From positions 992,001 to 1,056,000 of the forward strand of contig JANHCV010000007.1 of assembly GCA_025594325.1 (NCBI GenBank): 64,000 nucleotides of DNA, read 5' to 3'. Shown here in pieces: positions 10,177-23,600 of the stretch (its first letter is position 1; every line of letters begins with the position of its first letter). This DNA comes from Blastocladiella emersonii ATCC 22665. Taxonomy: Eukaryota; Fungi; Blastocladiomycota. The notes below the pieces were generated by a model. The model saw nothing but the letters and a program-made list of their open reading frames with translations. It had not been told where the DNA came from and ran no database searches. Both the position numbers and the translations under genes were made by a program.

Positions 10177-12857
10177 TCACACTTCGGCGAGATACGCCTC
10201 GGCCTCAGCCTGCGCGAGCGCCGTCGCGATACACCAGTCCTCGGCTGCTGCCGCCGCCGGCGACCCCGCCGCGGGCGTCGCGACCGCGACGGCGGGCTCG
10301 GGCATCGCGCACGGCGACATCCACGGCCACTGCGCGCCGGCCATGGCGGCCGCGAGCGGCGACGCGGGCCCGTGGTGGGCGTGGCCGTGGCCGTAGCCCG
10401 TGGGCGTCGGCGAGACAGCTGCGCCGAGCGTCCACGCGAGCGCGAAATCGTCGTTGGCAGCCGCCGCACCCGTACTGCCGTCAGCCACGAGCCGCGCGAG
10501 GTTGCAGTTGAGCTGGTGGTGGTCGAGGAGGCCGATGGGCGAGCACGGCGTCGACGTCGACGTCAACAACGACGTGGGCGCGAGTTCGATGGGCGACGGC
10601 GGCGGGGCGCACGGCGCGATGAGGCCGGGGGAGAGCGGGAACGGCGACGCGGGCCAGGCCGGGTACATGGGCGAGGGCGCGAGCGGCGCCGAAGCCGCAG
10701 CCGCCGCAGCGGCGGCCGTCGTCGCGGACTCGAAGACGCGGGTCGGGTCAAGGAACGCGAGGTCGTAGTCGACGACTGAGAGCGTCGGGATCGGCGTCGT
10801 TGAAGCCGCCACGGGCGCGGGCGGCGGCGGCGGGAGGAGACCGAAATGGTGGTGCATGGCGGCGGCCATGGAGAGGGCAGGCGGGAAGATGGTCGTGGGC
10901 GCTGGCGGCGGCGGCGGCTGAGTGGCGAATGGCGCCGAGAGCATGGGCAGGGGGAGAGGCAGCGGCATGCGCATCTGCGCGTGCGTGTGGATCGGGTACT
11001 GGTTGGGCGCGAGGCCCGGCGGGGTCTGCAGCTCGCGCATCATGTCCTCGAGCGACGGCTCGTGCTGCTGCTGGCCGTGCGGCTCGTGTTGCTGCTGGCC
11101 GTGCGGCTCGTGCGGCGGCGGCGGCGGCGCCGAGTAGAAGTTGACGTGGTGGTGGTCGTGGTGGGGTGGCGGCGCGAGCCCGGTCGACTGCTCGGGCACC
11201 ACGACGGGCGCGTCGAGCTGCGTGAGCCACAGCGCGTCGAGGGCGAGGTCGTTGGCGATGGGCGAGGACGCGAGCGACGAGTACCCGCTGCTGCCACCGC
11301 TGGCGCACTCGAGGTACGGCGACGGCGGCATGGTGGCGAACGTGTAGGGCGAGAGCAGGGCGGCGTCGAGGTCGAACTGGCTCATGGCCGCCGCCGCGGC
11401 GGGTTCCGTCGCGGGCGCGAGCTCGGGGAAGACGACGGTGGCCGCGGGGGCTGGGACGGGCGACTGGGCGGGGAGGAACCGCGGCGTCGCGGCGGCGGCG
11501 GCAGCGGCCGTGGTCGTGGGCAGCGGCGAGACGCTGGCGTCCATGTCGTAGTCGCCGTCGGCGTCGAGGTCGTGGAACGCGGCGGGCGGGTCGATCTTGG
11601 ACTCGAGAAAGTCGGGGGTGAGCTCGACGAGCGTGTTGACCTTCCAGGCCTTGAGGATGCGGTGCCAGAGCGCGGTGGCGAGGCCGGCCTCGCGGGCCTG
11701 CGACTTGGTGCGGCCGAGGCTCCAGGTGATGGCCTCGGCGACGGCGGGGGTGGCAAGCTCGATCTGGGCGAACACGGCGAGCAGGCACGCGCGGTTGTCG
11801 GAGAGGTGCGAGATGAGGCGGTGGCTAGCAGGGACGATCGGAGCGTGAGCGGGCCGCGGTGAGGGAGCGATCGAGAGGGCACGGAGGAGAGAGCCCGGGT
11901 CGGGCGCCCTCGATCCATGGCCGCGAATGAGAAGAAAGCGCGTACCCCTTGATGTAGCCCTGGCACGAGCACTTGGTAATGTCCTGGACGGGGCAGTTGG
12001 TGCGGGGCAGGAGCAGGTGGCGCATGCCGAGGTGCTCCTTGAGCGACTCGGTGCGGACCTGGCGGCGGCTACGACGAGGAGGGAAACGGTCGGTGGCCAC
12101 GAGGGGCAGGTATGGGTCAGCTCGAGAACAAGGCAGCTCCCCGTTTTCGTTGGCTCGCCGGCGTCGCCCCCCGGCCCATGGCGCGAGCGTTGGGCAGGGA
12201 CGAGCAACAAGCGATCGAGGGCGGCGTGCACCGCGGCTCCGCGGCGACCGGATCGAGCGCTTGTGGTCGCGGTGTGGCGGCGGTTGCACAGCCGCGCGAC
12301 GCGAAGTCTAGCGCGGCGTGATCGTGGCGGTGATCACGCACGCACTGCGCCCTGATCGCCCGGATTCGAGCGCACGCAGGAGAAAGAAAAACGTACGATC
12401 CACCAGTGCGCTTGCTGACCCAGTTATCGCGGAACAGCTGGCCGCACACGGGGCACAGGTACCCGGCCTGCGCCGAGGTGCCGGGCACGCCGCCGCCTGC
12501 GCTCGTTGCGGCCGGGTCGGGGTCGTGGCGGTGCACGACGGGGTTGCGCACAAACGCCTCGCACCGCGCGCGCGTGTCCGGGTCGAGGTCGTCGGGCAGG
12601 AACGCCGTGGTGAAGGGCGCCGTGAGGAGGACCGTGGCCGCGGGCATGGGCCCGAGCGACGGCGACAGCGACATGGAGGCCGCGTCGTGCAGCGGCGGGG
12701 TCGCGAGCTGCGACTGCTGCGCGGCGGCGACCACGGGCGAGGCGCGCGCGCGCATCTTGCGCGTAGCCGGGCGGCGCGACGTCGTGGAGCCGACGGTTGG
12801 GGAGGTGGCCGAGGAAGAGGAGGCAGCGGCGGTGGAGGAACGCGAGGTGCGGGTCAT
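10177..12857 (-). CDS. Zinc-finger protein (C2H2 plus atypical fingers, Pro/Ala/Gln-rich C-terminus), ZnF-C, about 773 aa; introns 12345-12419, 12069-12231, 11825-11945
   Basis: Splicing gives a canonical C2H2 (CPVCGQLFRDNWCVRDHRHDH), then ESLKEHLGMRH and CPVQDITKC...HRLISHLSDNRAC. Spliced length 2322 nt. Low-complexity activation-domain-like tail. Confidence 0.68.
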
Positions 12858-14690
12858 GGTGGGTGGTAGCGCGGGGTGATCGGGGTCAGGGTGGGGGGTA
12901 TGCGGGGGCAGCGGCGGGCCGTGTGTGGGTGTGGGTGGTGGGTGATGGGTGGGTATGGGGGAGGTATCACGGCACGGCCAGCGAGCTCTAGGGGGAGGTG
13001 GGTGGTCGGGAGGAAGAGAGGAGCGAGCGGCAGCGGGGCAGCGTGCGCGCTAAAATGGGGGCAGGGCACGACAGGGCGGCGAGGCGGCGAGGGCAATCGT
13101 CCGGCCGCACGGGTGCAGTCAGGTTGGGTCAGGTTCGCTCGCGCGGTCAGGCGGGCGCGTGGGGCCAGGACAGGAAGGTGGGTCGGGTCGCTGCACGTGT
13201 GGAGCGGGACCGCGGCTATTGATTCGCGCGTCGGACTTGGGTGATCAGCAAGCGAGCGTGCGGGGGTGTCGCGGCGTTTTGAGTCGGCGCGCGCGCGCGT
13301 GGGGAGAGCGACGACGTGGGCAAGGTTGCGGCAGCGCTGAAGCATACGTCGCAGTGATGTCGCCAGCGTGGCACGGAAGCAGCTGCAACAGCAGTGAAGG
13401 CGGCGGTGGCGGGGAGGAAGCTTCGGCGCGCCCAATCAGGTCGCCGCGGACGGGCGGGCGAACGATGCGACTTAGGTTTGTTCGACTTCGGTCCAGGACG
13501 TCCGAGCCGCACCCGTTCCCGGCGCTGATCGCCTCATTTCCCGCTTGTGTGCCGAAGCCCGATCGCCGCCGTCAACGGAGATGAGGACAGCACACGCACG
13601 CGCTTGCGCTCCATGATGACGGTGGCAGCGGCAGTGGAGCCGCGCACGCGCGGTCGCGATGGCGGGCGTTGGGCGACGCAGCGGTCTTGGGAGACGCAGT
13701 CCGGCCGGGGCGCGCGCGGCGGGAGCGGGGCGTGCGGAGCGTGCGGCCGGGTGGACGGGATGCATGGGCCGGGAACCCGGGGCGGTGCGGCGGGCGGCGC
13801 GGACCAGGCGATCGCGAACCGCACGGTCCCGGCCCGTTCCGCGCATCCGGAGCTCCCGCGCGCCTCCGCGCGCCTCCGCGCGCTTCGCGGGCCGCCCCGC
13901 CCTTGCCTGATCCGGCAGGGCAGGGGTGGTCTGACACGCGCTGCGTCACCGCCCCGTCACATCTCATCTCATCTGTGCAAACTCTCGGCGCCTTCTCTTA
14001 CATTCACGCGTTCCATAATGTCATTAGGTCCCGCTGCTGCGGACCGCACTTAGATTTAGCTCCCGTCCACGAAGCCGAACCGGAACCGTCTCCCTTCCCA
14101 CGCGTAGCCCCACTCTTCTTTGACGTGGCACCATCGCTGTCGCCGACGCTTCGGTGCGCAAGCGAGAGGATCTCGCCGACGTTTCACCCTTCACGTGCAT
14201 TGATGGCTCAGTCGCATCGCGTCGCGGTCGCGACCGCGTGGCGGCGGCTAAGCCACTACGCCGGCGCCGGACGGGCGCGCCGACTATGCCCTTGGGCGCT
14301 CCGTGAGAGCGCGGTGCCGCGGTCGGTGGACCGATGGGCACGGCGAGAGTAAGAGAGAGGTCGACGCGCTGCTCGAGACCGCGCGCGCCAGGGCGGGAGC
14401 GATTCCGACGCTGAGGAGAGGGCGGATCGGCTCTCCAACGTGAGAGAGACCCCGTCGACGGCTCAGCGACACCTGAGTCGCGCCCGTGGTGGCCGGCGGG
14501 GCTCGCGTATCCGAAATCACCGACCATGGCCATCGACCACGGCCATCGAATCTGCGCTCAATGCCGCTCGCAGCCTCTCAGGACGCACCCAGCAGCTTCA
14601 CTCACAGCCCGATCAACTAGTCGTCGTAACTACCTGTATTAAACGAACCGAAAACCCCACAAAACTCTCTTCATCCTCCTCTTCCATCAT

Positions 14691-17600
14691 CTACCCCATC
14701 CCCGGCGCCGGCGGCATGAACGACGGCATCGCGGGCGGCGGCGGCGCACCTGCGCCCGCACCACCTGTTGCACTCGCCCCTCCCGGGTTCAGAACGTCGA
14801 CGTACCGCGACCGCCCACGCATGTTGCGCACCGCCGAGCTCGCGGGCCCCGGCGGCGGGCCGCCCGACCCAAGACTCTGGATCTCGGCCACCGCTTCTGC
14901 CGCCGCCGCGGCCGCGCGCGCGGAACGCTGTGGTTTGCTGCTGCGCGCCGTGGTTGGCGACGGCACGCCCTCGAACGAGAGCGGCGCAGGGGGTGGCGGC
15001 GGCTGGTACGCCGCGGGCGCGCCCGAGGGCGGCATGCTGGGTGAGGGCGAGGGCGCATCGCCGCCGTTGTTGGTGCCGTACGGGGACGGCGCGGGGGCCG
15101 CAGCGGGGGCGGCGGTCTGCGGCGGAGGCATGTACTGCGCCGCCACGGGCGGGGCCGCGGGCGAGCCCATCGGTGGCGGAGCCGCACCGCCGTAACCCAT
15201 GCCCATGCCCGACGCGGGCCGCGGGGGCTGCATCTGCATCGGCTGCTGCATTGGGGACGGCTGCGGCTGGGGCGCCGGCGGCGCGTACGCAGCAGCGGGC
15301 GGCTGGTACGGCGCGGGCGACATGGTGCGCGGCACGCCGTTGTTACCGCCGTACCCGGCGAGCGGGGACCCGGCCATCATGGGCGGCGGCGGGCCGGCCG
15401 AGTACCCGATGGTCGCGGCCTGCGACGCCATGGGCGGCGGCGGGGACCCGGAACTGCCGCCGAGCGACGACGAGGATGGCGGGGGCGCGGACCCGCGGCG
15501 GACGGGCGGGGTGCTGCTCATGGGCGGCGGGCCCGATGCGCGGCCCGCCGCCGATGCCGAGTCGGCGTCGGCGGCGCTCGCGTCCTTGTTGATCCACCGC
15601 TTGAGCTCCTTGTCGTAGTAGAAGGTGTTCTCCTTGCCCAAATTCGCCTTGGTCGCGGGCTTGCCCTCGGGCGGGTTCTTGGCCTGCGACCGCGGGCGCA
15701 GCAGGCTGAACACGCGACCGAACACGCCCGTGCTGCTGCTCGACCCGTTCTCGGACGTGGCGCTCGCGGGAGACGCGGCGCCGTCGCCGGGCGCGGAACG
15801 CGCGCTGTCGGGCGCCGACGCCTTGGCCGACGCCGACGAACCGCCCGTCGCGTCCTCGGCGACGGCGGCCTTGGGCTTGTTCTTGCGCAGGCTCGAGTTG
15901 CCGAACCCGAGATCGTCCCACTCGTCGGGCTCGCGCTCCTCCTGCGGCTGCGGCTGCTGCTCGGCCTGCTGGTTGCCGTACCCGGTCGCCATGGCGGTGT
16001 CGACCATGGGCGGCGCGGGCGAGAAACCGCGCTGGCCGGTGGGCGGAACCGACGGCGGGCGCGCGGCAACCGCAGGAGGCGCCGGCGGCGACGCGGGCGT
16101 GTACCCGCCCGTGTACGCGGGGTACGCGGCGGCGGGAGCGGGCTGCTGCTGCGGCGACATGGCGGGCGGCGGCGCGTAGCCGAACTGGCCCGCGTTCAGG
16201 TTCGAGTTCGCGGACAGCGGACGCTGCGCGGCCTGCTTGGGCGACACACCGTACTGCTGCTGCTGCTGAGCCGGATCGTAGGGTGCGAGGTAGCCCTGCG
16301 ACGCGGGCGCGGGCGCGGGCACGGTCGCCGCGTTGACTTTTGGCGACGGCGCGTAGCCCTGCTGTCCGTACGGCGCGGGCGCCGCGTCGTAGCCCGACGC
16401 GGGCGGGTACTGACCATACTGCTGCTGCTGCGGGTCCTGGCCGAACGCCGCCGTGGACTGGCGGCGCTGGTCCTGGCTGTACGCCGCGGCGGACGGACGG
16501 CGCTGGTCCTGGCCGCCGTACACGTCGTGCGGCTGCTCGAGCTGCTGCTGCTGTTGCTGCTGGGGCGGGACGTAGCCGTACGTCGGCGGCTGGTATCCCG
16601 ACTCGGCGGCTGCGGGCGGCTGCGCGTCGTGCCCGCGCGGCGACGGCGGGATGGCCGCGGGCTGGTACGACTGCTGGTACACGTCGGTTGTGGCCGGCGC
16701 GGGGTAGTACCCGCCGTAACCCGTGTTCTGCTGCTGCTGCAGGTCGGTGGCGCTTGCGAACACGGTCGAGGCCGCGGGCGCGAGCGTCGAAGTCTCAGAA
16801 AACTGCTCGAGCCCGCGACCCGGCGCCCTCGCGATAATCGCGCGGACGACGTCGTCGACCTGGAACTGCGGCGCGATCTTGCGCGTGAGCCACGACGCGC
16901 CGTCGCCGTAGAACTCGTCGGCGTCGGCGCCAACCTCGGCCGCCGGGACCAGCTCGTCGACGGTCGACCCGAGCTGGATCAGCTCGCGGAGCACCGAGAC
17001 GGGGACCGCCGTGCTGTCGCGGGCGACGATCCACGACGCGGCGAGCATCGCACCGCGCACGTAGTGCCGCGCGACGGCGCATGGACCGGCCGCGAGGAGA
17101 CGGCGCGCATGCGCGAGCTTGTACCCGACGAGGTGCGGCATCGCGGCCGCGTCGACGAGCGCGCCGGGCTCGGGCGCCGCGGCGCCGAGCGGACCGGCGT
17201 CGCCCGCGGTGACGGCCATGCAGAACTCGACGATCTCGGTGAGGAACAGGGCCTTGGCGTCGCCGTGGAATGCGTGCGGGAACCGCGTATGCGGCGCCGT
17301 GAGGAGCACCTGGCGCGTGGCGGCGCGGTCGAGGGTGCCGAACACGCTGTCGCCGTGGCGCGCGCCGCCGAGCGGCTGCGCAAGGAGGTGGCACAGCGCG
17401 GCGGCGTCGGTGCGGCCGTACGCGCGCAGCCGGTCGGCGAGCGCGACGAGCGCTGCCATGGTGTTGGCGCCGGCGCGGTGCGTCAGGACCAGCACGAGGA
17501 GCTCGCGCCACCAGTTGAGCTGCGCGGACGTTGGCGGCGCCGGCGTGGTGTCCGACGGGAGCAGGACGTGATCGACGGCGGTCCGCGCCCAGTCGCCGTG

Positions 17601-20600
17601 CCCGTCGGCCGTGAGCACCGTCAGGAAGAACTGCAGGACGGGGCCGGCGGCGCGCGGGAGCGTCACGTCGAGGACGGGCGTCGTTGCGTCGGGACTCGCG
17701 ACTTCGCCGGTGGCCGACGAGGGGAGCAGACCCTTGGCCGCGAATGTGCCCGCGGCGCGAGCCCACGCATCGTGGCTGTGACGACTCGCGAGCGCGAGCG
17801 CCGTAGCCCACTGGCCGCGGGAGACGCACCAGTCGACGGCGTCGCCGAGCCGGCCCGGGTTGAGCAGCAGGTTGTACAGCGGGAGCAGCGCGTCCTCGGC
17901 CGTGGTGTCGGCCTCGGGGTTCGGGGTATCGGCGATGCCCGCGGACTGGAGGTGCGCGCGGAGCACGTCGGCCACGACCGCGTCGGTTGAGACGCCGGAC
18001 CCAGCGGTACTCGCGAGGGCGCGGAGTGCGCGCAGGAGGAGCACGCGGTCGGCCGAGTGCTCGCGCGTCTCCTCGGACGCGTCCGTGTCAGCGTGCAGCG
18101 CTGCCTCGGTGGTCACCGTCTCGGCATCGAGCCAGTCGAGCGCGACCTTGCGCGCAGCTTCGATCGTGGTCCCCGGCCGCAGGAGCGGGCCGGGCAGCGC
18201 GGCCGCGGTTGCGGTGACGGCGTCCTGCCACGGCGCGAGTCGGATCTCGCCGGGGTACAGCTTGGTGATGGGCTTGGTCACGGCGGGGTCGGTCGAGTAG
18301 CGGAGCGACGACTTGGGGAATGAGACGCACAGCGTGCCGCGCGGCGAGAAGGTGACGAGCGGGACACGCGACCCGATGAAGAAGGCGTTGAACGGGCCGC
18401 GCACCGTGGGCACGGCGACGGGCGGCGGCGTGCGCGGGTACGACACGTGCGGCGGCGGCGCCGAGTCGACGAGCGGGGTCCCGCACCACGCGCAGAACCG
18501 GCCGCCCGCCGGGTTGAAGGTGCGGCACTGCGAGCACTGCAGCGGCAGCGGCGCCATGGTCTTGATGGGCGCGGGCGCCGCCGGGTCGGTGCCCGGGCTC
18601 GTCATGCTGCGCGGGCCGGCGTGCGGCGAGCGCACCGCGTCGGGCAGCGCGAACGAGGAGGAGCCGTCGGCGGCTGCGGACCGCGGCGACATGAGCGACT
18701 CGTCGTGCGGGCCCGTGAACGCGGAGGCGGTCGGCGTCATGGATCCCGTGGTATCGAACGAGCTCACCGAACCGGCCGACGACGGACGCTTCGGGTAGTC
18801 AATGACGAGGCCCGTACCGGCGGCGGCCGAGGGGCTGGTCGGCGACGACGATCCAAAGGCCGGGACGGGCGCCGGCGCGAACGGGGCGGGGGCAGCGGGG
18901 ACAAACGACGCCGTCGCGATCGTGGGCCGAGCCGAGGGGCTGCGCATGTCGGCGATCGTGGTCGGCGGCGGCACGTACGCGTTCGCGGCCGGCGACACGG
19001 AGCGCGCCGGAGGGGCGGGCGACGCGGAGGCGCGCGGCGCCGAAAGTGGCGGCGGCGAGCGCTGACTCGGGCTGCGCGCGGCGCCCGGGAACGACGGCGG
19101 CGGCGTCGCGACTGCAATCGGGACGGGCACGGGCGACTTGGCCGCAGGTGGCGGCGGCGGCGGTGCAACGGGGCTCTGCGCGCGCTCCTGCTGCTGCTGT
19201 TGAGCGGGAAAAAGCGCGGGGCTCGGCGCCTTGCCGTACACGGGAGACTGCGCCTTGGGCGGTTCTACGATCGCGATGCGGGGTCAGCCAAGTCAAAACG
19301 AGCAGCAACTCGAAATGAACGCACCGTGAGTGGGAACAGCGTCCTGATGGAACTGAGGAACGGGCGCATGCTCGGGTGCGTGGAACGTCTGCAGCGGCGG
19401 CGGGGCCGAGTGGGCGGCGGCGGGAGCCTCCCAGCCGTTCTCGACGGATTGTTGCTGTTGCTGCTGCTGCTGCTGTTCGTGTGGCTGAACGTAGTACTGG
19501 TTCCACTGGTCGTGCTGCTGCGCCTGCTGCTGCTGAGCGGGCCACTGCTGCTCGTACGACTGGTGGTAAGGCTGCTGCTGCTCCGCCGGGTGCTGCTGCT
19601 GAGGAGGCTGCTCGGGGACGAACGACGAGTGCTCAGGCTGCGGCGGATGGGCGGCCGCGTCCTGCTGGTACTCCTGCTGCGGCTGGTGGTGCTGGTGGTG
19701 CTGGCCGTGATGCTCGGCCGGCGGTGGCTGCGAAAACTGCTGGTGCTGCTGGTCCTGCTGCTGCTGGTCCCACCACTGGTGCTGCTGCTGCAGCGGCGCC
19801 TGCTGCTGGAAGTTCTGCTCGGCGGGCGGCGGTGGCACCTGGTGCTGCTGGTGGTGGTCGCCAAACGACGGACTCTGGCCGTACGCGGACGCGGCGGCCT
19901 GGTCAAAGCCCTGCTGGTAGCCGTGGTGCTGCTGGTCGTGGTGGTACGACTGCTGGACATGCTGCTGCTGCTGATCCCACTGCGGCTGCGCAGGAGGGGC
20001 CTGCTGGGCGCCAAACGATGGGCTCTGGCCGTAGCCGCCGTTGAACTGCTCCTGCTGCTGCTGCGGCGGCGGCGGCGGGTACTGCTGCTGCTGCTCGGGC
20101 TGCGGCGGGTACTGGTCAAACGACTGCTGGTGCTGCTGCTGCGGCGGAGCCTGCGCGTCGAACGACGGGCTCTGACCGCCGTAGCCAGCGACGCCCTGCT
20201 GATGCTGCTGCTGCTGCTGCTGGTGCTGCTGCTGGTTGAGCGGCTGCCCATACTCGCCGCCGAACGGCGTGTACTGCTGCTGCTGAGCCGGCGGGTACAT
20301 GGGCGAGCGCGGCGGCTCCTGGAACTGCTGCTGCTCCTGCTGCTGGTACGTGGGGTACCCGAAGTGCTGCTGCTGCTGCTGGACGGGCGACATGGGCGGC
20401 GGCGGCACCGCGTACGTCGGCGACTTGGTCGGCGACCGAGACGTCGGCGGGGGCGGGGAGACGAGCGGCGGCGGGGGCGGGGCAAAGAAGTCGCCCTGGG
20501 GCGCCGGCGCGGGTCGCGGACTCGCCGCGACCTTGGGCGTCGGCGGCTTGGCCGCGGCGGCCGTGGGCGAGGCCCAGGACCCGGTGCTCGAGTTGAACGA

Positions 20601-23600
20601 CGTCTGCGGCGAGAAAGACGCGGGCGGCGGCGGGAAGTTGCCGAACGCGGGCGCCGGCGCCGGCGCGAAGCTCGGGGAGGCCGACGCGGCGGCGGGAGGC
20701 TGCGCGGCGTAAACCGACGGGCTCGCACCCGAGTTCGAGTTGAACGAGGTCTGCGGCGAGAAGGGCGCCGGCGGCGGGACGCCGAACGCGGGCGCCGGCG
20801 CGAAGCCAGGCGACGCAGCAGCGACGGGCGGCTGAGCCGGGTACGCCGACGGACTCGCCGAGGCGGCCGCGAGCGGAGCGGGGGCGGGCGCGAAGCCGAG
20901 AGACTGCGAGGGCTGCTGGTACGACTGCTGCTGCGGAGGCGGCGGCTGGCCCCAGAACGAGCTCTCGCTCTGCGACGCGTTGAGCGAGCTGCCGGGCGAA
21001 ATAGCACGAGCGAATGGCGAGGCCGCGGTCGGAGCGGGCGCGGGTGCCGGGGACGAGCTGGCGCCCCACATCGGCTGATGCTGCTGCTGCTGCTGTTGCT
21101 GTGGCGACGTGGCGGGTGGCGGAGCGTTTACGGGCGCGGCGGGCGGGGCAAACTGGTCGAAGAACGAGTTTTGCGCGGCGAGCTGGCCCTCGAACGGCGA
21201 CGCGGCGCGCTGGACGGTCGGCGGCGGCGCGAACGCGGAGGCAGCGGGCGGCGCGGCGGGCGCGAAGTTGGGCGAAACGCTCGACGGGGCGGGGGCCGCG
21301 TCCCAGCCGTAGCCCGACTGCTGCTGCTGCTGCTGCGCGGGCTGCGGCGAACCAGCGGGAGCAGGAGCCACATTCCACCCGGGAACGGCGACCGGCGGTG
21401 CCGGAGCGGCCGCAGGGTTCCACGAGGGAGACGCCGAGGCCGGGTACGCCGACGGTGCCGCGGCGGGCGACGCGGCGCTCGCGACGCTCGGAGCAGGCTG
21501 CTCGGGGACAAATGGCGACGCCGAGCGCTGCGCAGGCGCGGCGGCAGCGGCGGCGTGGGTCGGCGGGCTTGCGGCCGGCGCGTGGAACGGCGATGCGGCA
21601 CGCGGCGGCGCGGTAGCGGTTTGGTGCGCGGGCGAAGCGGACGCAGGAGCAGCACCGAACGCGGGCGAGGCCTGGATTGCAGCAGCGGGAGCTGGCGGCC
21701 ACGCGGGCGACGCGGTAGTCGCGGCGGGTGCGGGCGGTGCGGGGGTCGTCGACTTGGCGGGCGAGGGAGCAGCGGGCGCGCCGAAGAACGGAGCGGGCGG
21801 CGCCGCGGGCGTCCAGAAGTCGCCGGCGGAGTCGGCCGAGGACTCGCCGAACGGGTTGGCAGCATGCTGACCCCAGCTCATCACAGGAGCGGGAGCGGCG
21901 GCAGTGCCTGGCTGCGGCGGCGACGCGGCGTGGGCCAGGGCCGTGGGTGGCGATGCAGCATGAGCAGCGGGCTGCGGTGGCGAGACAGCGGCAGGAACCG
22001 CGAACGCGTCGTCGACATCGCTCACGGTCGGACCGCTGAACGGGTTCGCAACCGCTGACGGCTGGACAGGCGGCGAGCCGGCCGTCACCGAGGGCCACTG
22101 CTGCGGGGAGGCAGCCGCCGCCTTGGGAGGCGACGCGGCGCGACCAAAATCGGGGACGGGCGCAGCGGGCGTGAAGTACGACGGCACGTCGGTGGCCGGC
22201 GTGAAGAACGACGACACGTCGGGCTGCTCCTGCTGCTGCTGCGGCTCCTCGTGCACGGGCTCGGGCTCGGGGACGGGCGGCGCAAACGACGAGTCACCAA
22301 AGTCGCTGTTGCCCCAGTCGAGCTCGTGCGCCGCGGGTGGCTGCGCAGCTTGCTCGACGGCGGCGTGGGTATCGGCAACTGCGGGCTCTTCGACGGTGAC
22401 GGGCGCAGGCGCGGGAACGACGGCCGGGCTGCCGTTGGCGTTCTCGAACGCGTCCGAGGGCACGCTGCTCGACGGGCAGACATCCCACCACGACGACGCG
22501 GTCTCGGGAGCGACGGGCTCCCAGGTCGGGGGCTGCATGACGGGAGCAGGGGCAGGCTCGACGGGGGCAGCCTCGACGGCGGGAACAGGAGCGACGGGCT
22601 GCGCGGCGGGGACCTCGGGCGACGGGATATCCCAGCCGAAGCCGTCCTCGGGGTCGGACCAGCCGGGTGCAGCCGCGGGCACGGCAGGCGCCGACTCGGG
22701 CGCGGAAGCAGCGGGTGCTGACTCCTGCGCGGGAGCCGGGGCAGGCGCGGCCGGCTCCTCGACATACGCGGGCTCGGGCACCGAGGCAGCGGGCAGGTCG
22801 AACGCGGGAGCCGGTGCGGTGAAGGCGCCGGTCGCGGCCGACGAGAAGAGGTCGTTGAGCGACGGGTACTGCGGCGGGGTAACGGCCCACGGCACCGTCG
22901 GGGGAACTGAGGCAGCGGGCTCGACGGCGGCCGGTGCGGGGGCGGGCGGGGAGGCAATGAAGGAGGGCTCCTCGGGAGCAGCGGGTGCTGGAGCAGGGAC
23001 GGGCTCTTCGACGGCAGGCGCCTCCTCACCAACCGGAGCGGGAGCGGGAGCGGGCTCAACGGCGGGCGAGGGAATGCGCTCCTCGGCGACGGGCGAGGGA
23101 GCGCGCTGCTCGGCGACGGGTGCGGGTGGCGCGAGCTCGGACTCGGGCTCCGGCACGGGTGCGGGCGAAGGCTCGCGAGCAGCAGGAGACGGCTTGCGCA
23201 CCGGCTCGGGAACGGGCGAAGGCTCGCGGACGGGCTCCTGCACGGGCGACGGCTCGCGAACAGGTGCGGGCGCAGGCGCCGCGAGCGGCGACGCGCCGGT
23301 GATCACGCCCCACGCGGCATCGGGTTCAGGCACATGCTCCGGCTCGCTTGCCGGTTCGGGGGCGAGCGGCTGTGCGGGAGCGAGGAACGGCGGGACCGCC
23401 GCGGTCGAGACGGGCGGGGCGACGACGGGAGCGAAGGGCGACGCGGCAGCCATGGGCGGCGGGGCGAACGGGTTCGCGAGCGGCGCGATGGTGGGCGAGG
23501 CAAAGGGGTTGGCGCCGGACGCGCGCAGGGCGAGGGCGCCCTCCGAGGTCGACTTGGTCATGCCCGTACCGAGCCCGGCGAGCGCCGGCGGGACCGCAGC

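Noticed and set aside
14223-14238. Perfect 16-bp palindrome CGCGGTCGCGACCGCG
   Set aside because: Low-information CG-rich sequence, plausible by chance at this GC content, with no associated feature.
19440-21340. Arrays of CTG/CAG triplets resembling a repeat array or CRISPR
   Set aside because: They encode poly-Gln tracts of SEC16; there is no constant repeat with unique spacers.
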